Source of the DNA: Candidatus Micrarchaeum sp.
Lineage (GTDB): Archaea > Micrarchaeota > Micrarchaeia > Micrarchaeales > Micrarchaeaceae
Assembly (NCBI RefSeq): GCF_016806735.1
Contig: NZ_CP060530.1
Location: 240,001-272,000, forward strand
Length of the DNA: 32,000 bases
Reading direction: 5' to 3'
In this document: positions 31,609-32,000 of the stretch, in pieces
Position numbering within the stretch: the first letter of the stretch is position 1
How the letters are laid out: every line of letters begins with the position of its first letter
The notes under the pieces: generated by a model
Database searches by the model: none
What the model was told of the DNA's origin: nothing
Seen by the model: the letters and a program-made list of their open reading frames with translations, nothing else
Made by a program: the position numbers and the translations under genes

Positions 31609-32000
31609 TCAAGCAAGGCATCTTCTTTGCGCTATGCAAACAAAAGCCCCAAGATACAATATAATATACTATAAAGGCCATATGTATGCAAGGCCATTGC
31701 ATTGTTGCTGGCAAATACGCTACATTGGCTTTGCATATCATGCAATTTTGCACTCAATAACTGTATTTCCATCGCTAGTTTACGCGTGCATACGGAAAAT
31801 ACCATAAAAGCGGAAAATCCCTGTTTCGAGGCACAAATCCGTTGATAAAAGAAACCAACCCTGACAATCAACGTAGTTCGGTATTAAACGTATAAAACAA
31901 ATTTTAAATAAGTCCAAAGCTTTAAATACTTTTCATAAAATGGTATTCACAAACAAACGTGTAAAGCGTTTAAGTGATAGAATGAAAAGTCTAAACCCAA

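Noticed and set aside
16372-31753. Numerous 60-160-aa minus-strand and off-frame plus-strand ORFs inside the giant gene (e.g. 16746-17036 'VEVVV', 22763-23158, 29179-29559, 17064-17336, 19592-19912, 20796-21152)
   Set aside because: None has recognisable motifs. Several are mirror images of coding repeats or of the Ser/Thr linker. All are embedded in a long frame with coherent domain structure.
31609-32000. The 370-nt AT-rich region after the giant gene: minus-strand ORFs 31496-31753 and 31632-31871, direct repeat aaggccat (31674-31681 / 31690-31697), small palindrome tgcatatcatgca, TATA-like elements near 31900-31930 and an ATG at 31982
   Set aside because: The ORFs are Cys/Leu-rich, have no motifs and partly overlap the giant gene end. 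The repeats are too short to be meaningful without comparison data. The ATG at 31982 leaves only 6 codons in the window, too little to call a gene or its promoter. I found no tRNA or C/D-box pattern.

Overview
Archaeal chromosomal window. The evidence is the PolD DP1/DP2 replicase genes, an intron-containing tRNA-Tyr with C1:G72, an AglB/STT3-like oligosaccharyltransferase and a class III (type IV pilin-like) signal peptide.

Left ~13 kb is housekeeping:
- a minus-strand UPF0147-polB(DP1)-polC(DP2) operon (DP2 runs off the left edge and is missing from the ORF track)
- a small nuclease-like ORF
- an ammonium transporter broken into three ORFs
- a HIT hydrolase
- tRNA-Asp, a 4-TM membrane protein and tRNA-Tyr
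- a spermidine-synthase-like methyltransferase with no canonical start codon
- cysS and a class I SAM methyltransferase

Four genes here each need one extra base in an A/T homopolymer to restore frame. That pattern points to homopolymer under-calling in the assembly or to real gene decay.

Right ~21 kb is a cell-surface locus. A divergent AglB-like oligosaccharyltransferase is followed by a tightly packed co-directional trio:
- a 668-aa sequon-rich, CARDB-like, C-terminally anchored glycoprotein
- a MinD/ParA-type deviant-Walker-A ATPase
- one uninterrupted 15,285-nt ORF (5,094 aa, 48% of the window)

The giant protein starts with a pilin-type class III signal and a 4-Cys head, then a Ser/Thr linker. 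It continues with seven DUF2341-like modules, each joined to a ConA/LamG-like or PA14-like domain, and about 27 Ig-like units including a 15-unit tandem array. It ends in a Cys-bracketed terminal domain with no C-terminal anchor.

This pilin-fused multi-lectin giant adhesin and its MinD/AglB/glycoprotein neighbourhood are the main candidate for an undescribed attachment system. All family assignments come from motif reading only and need HMM or structure confirmation. I saw no CRISPR arrays, mobile elements or rRNA genes.
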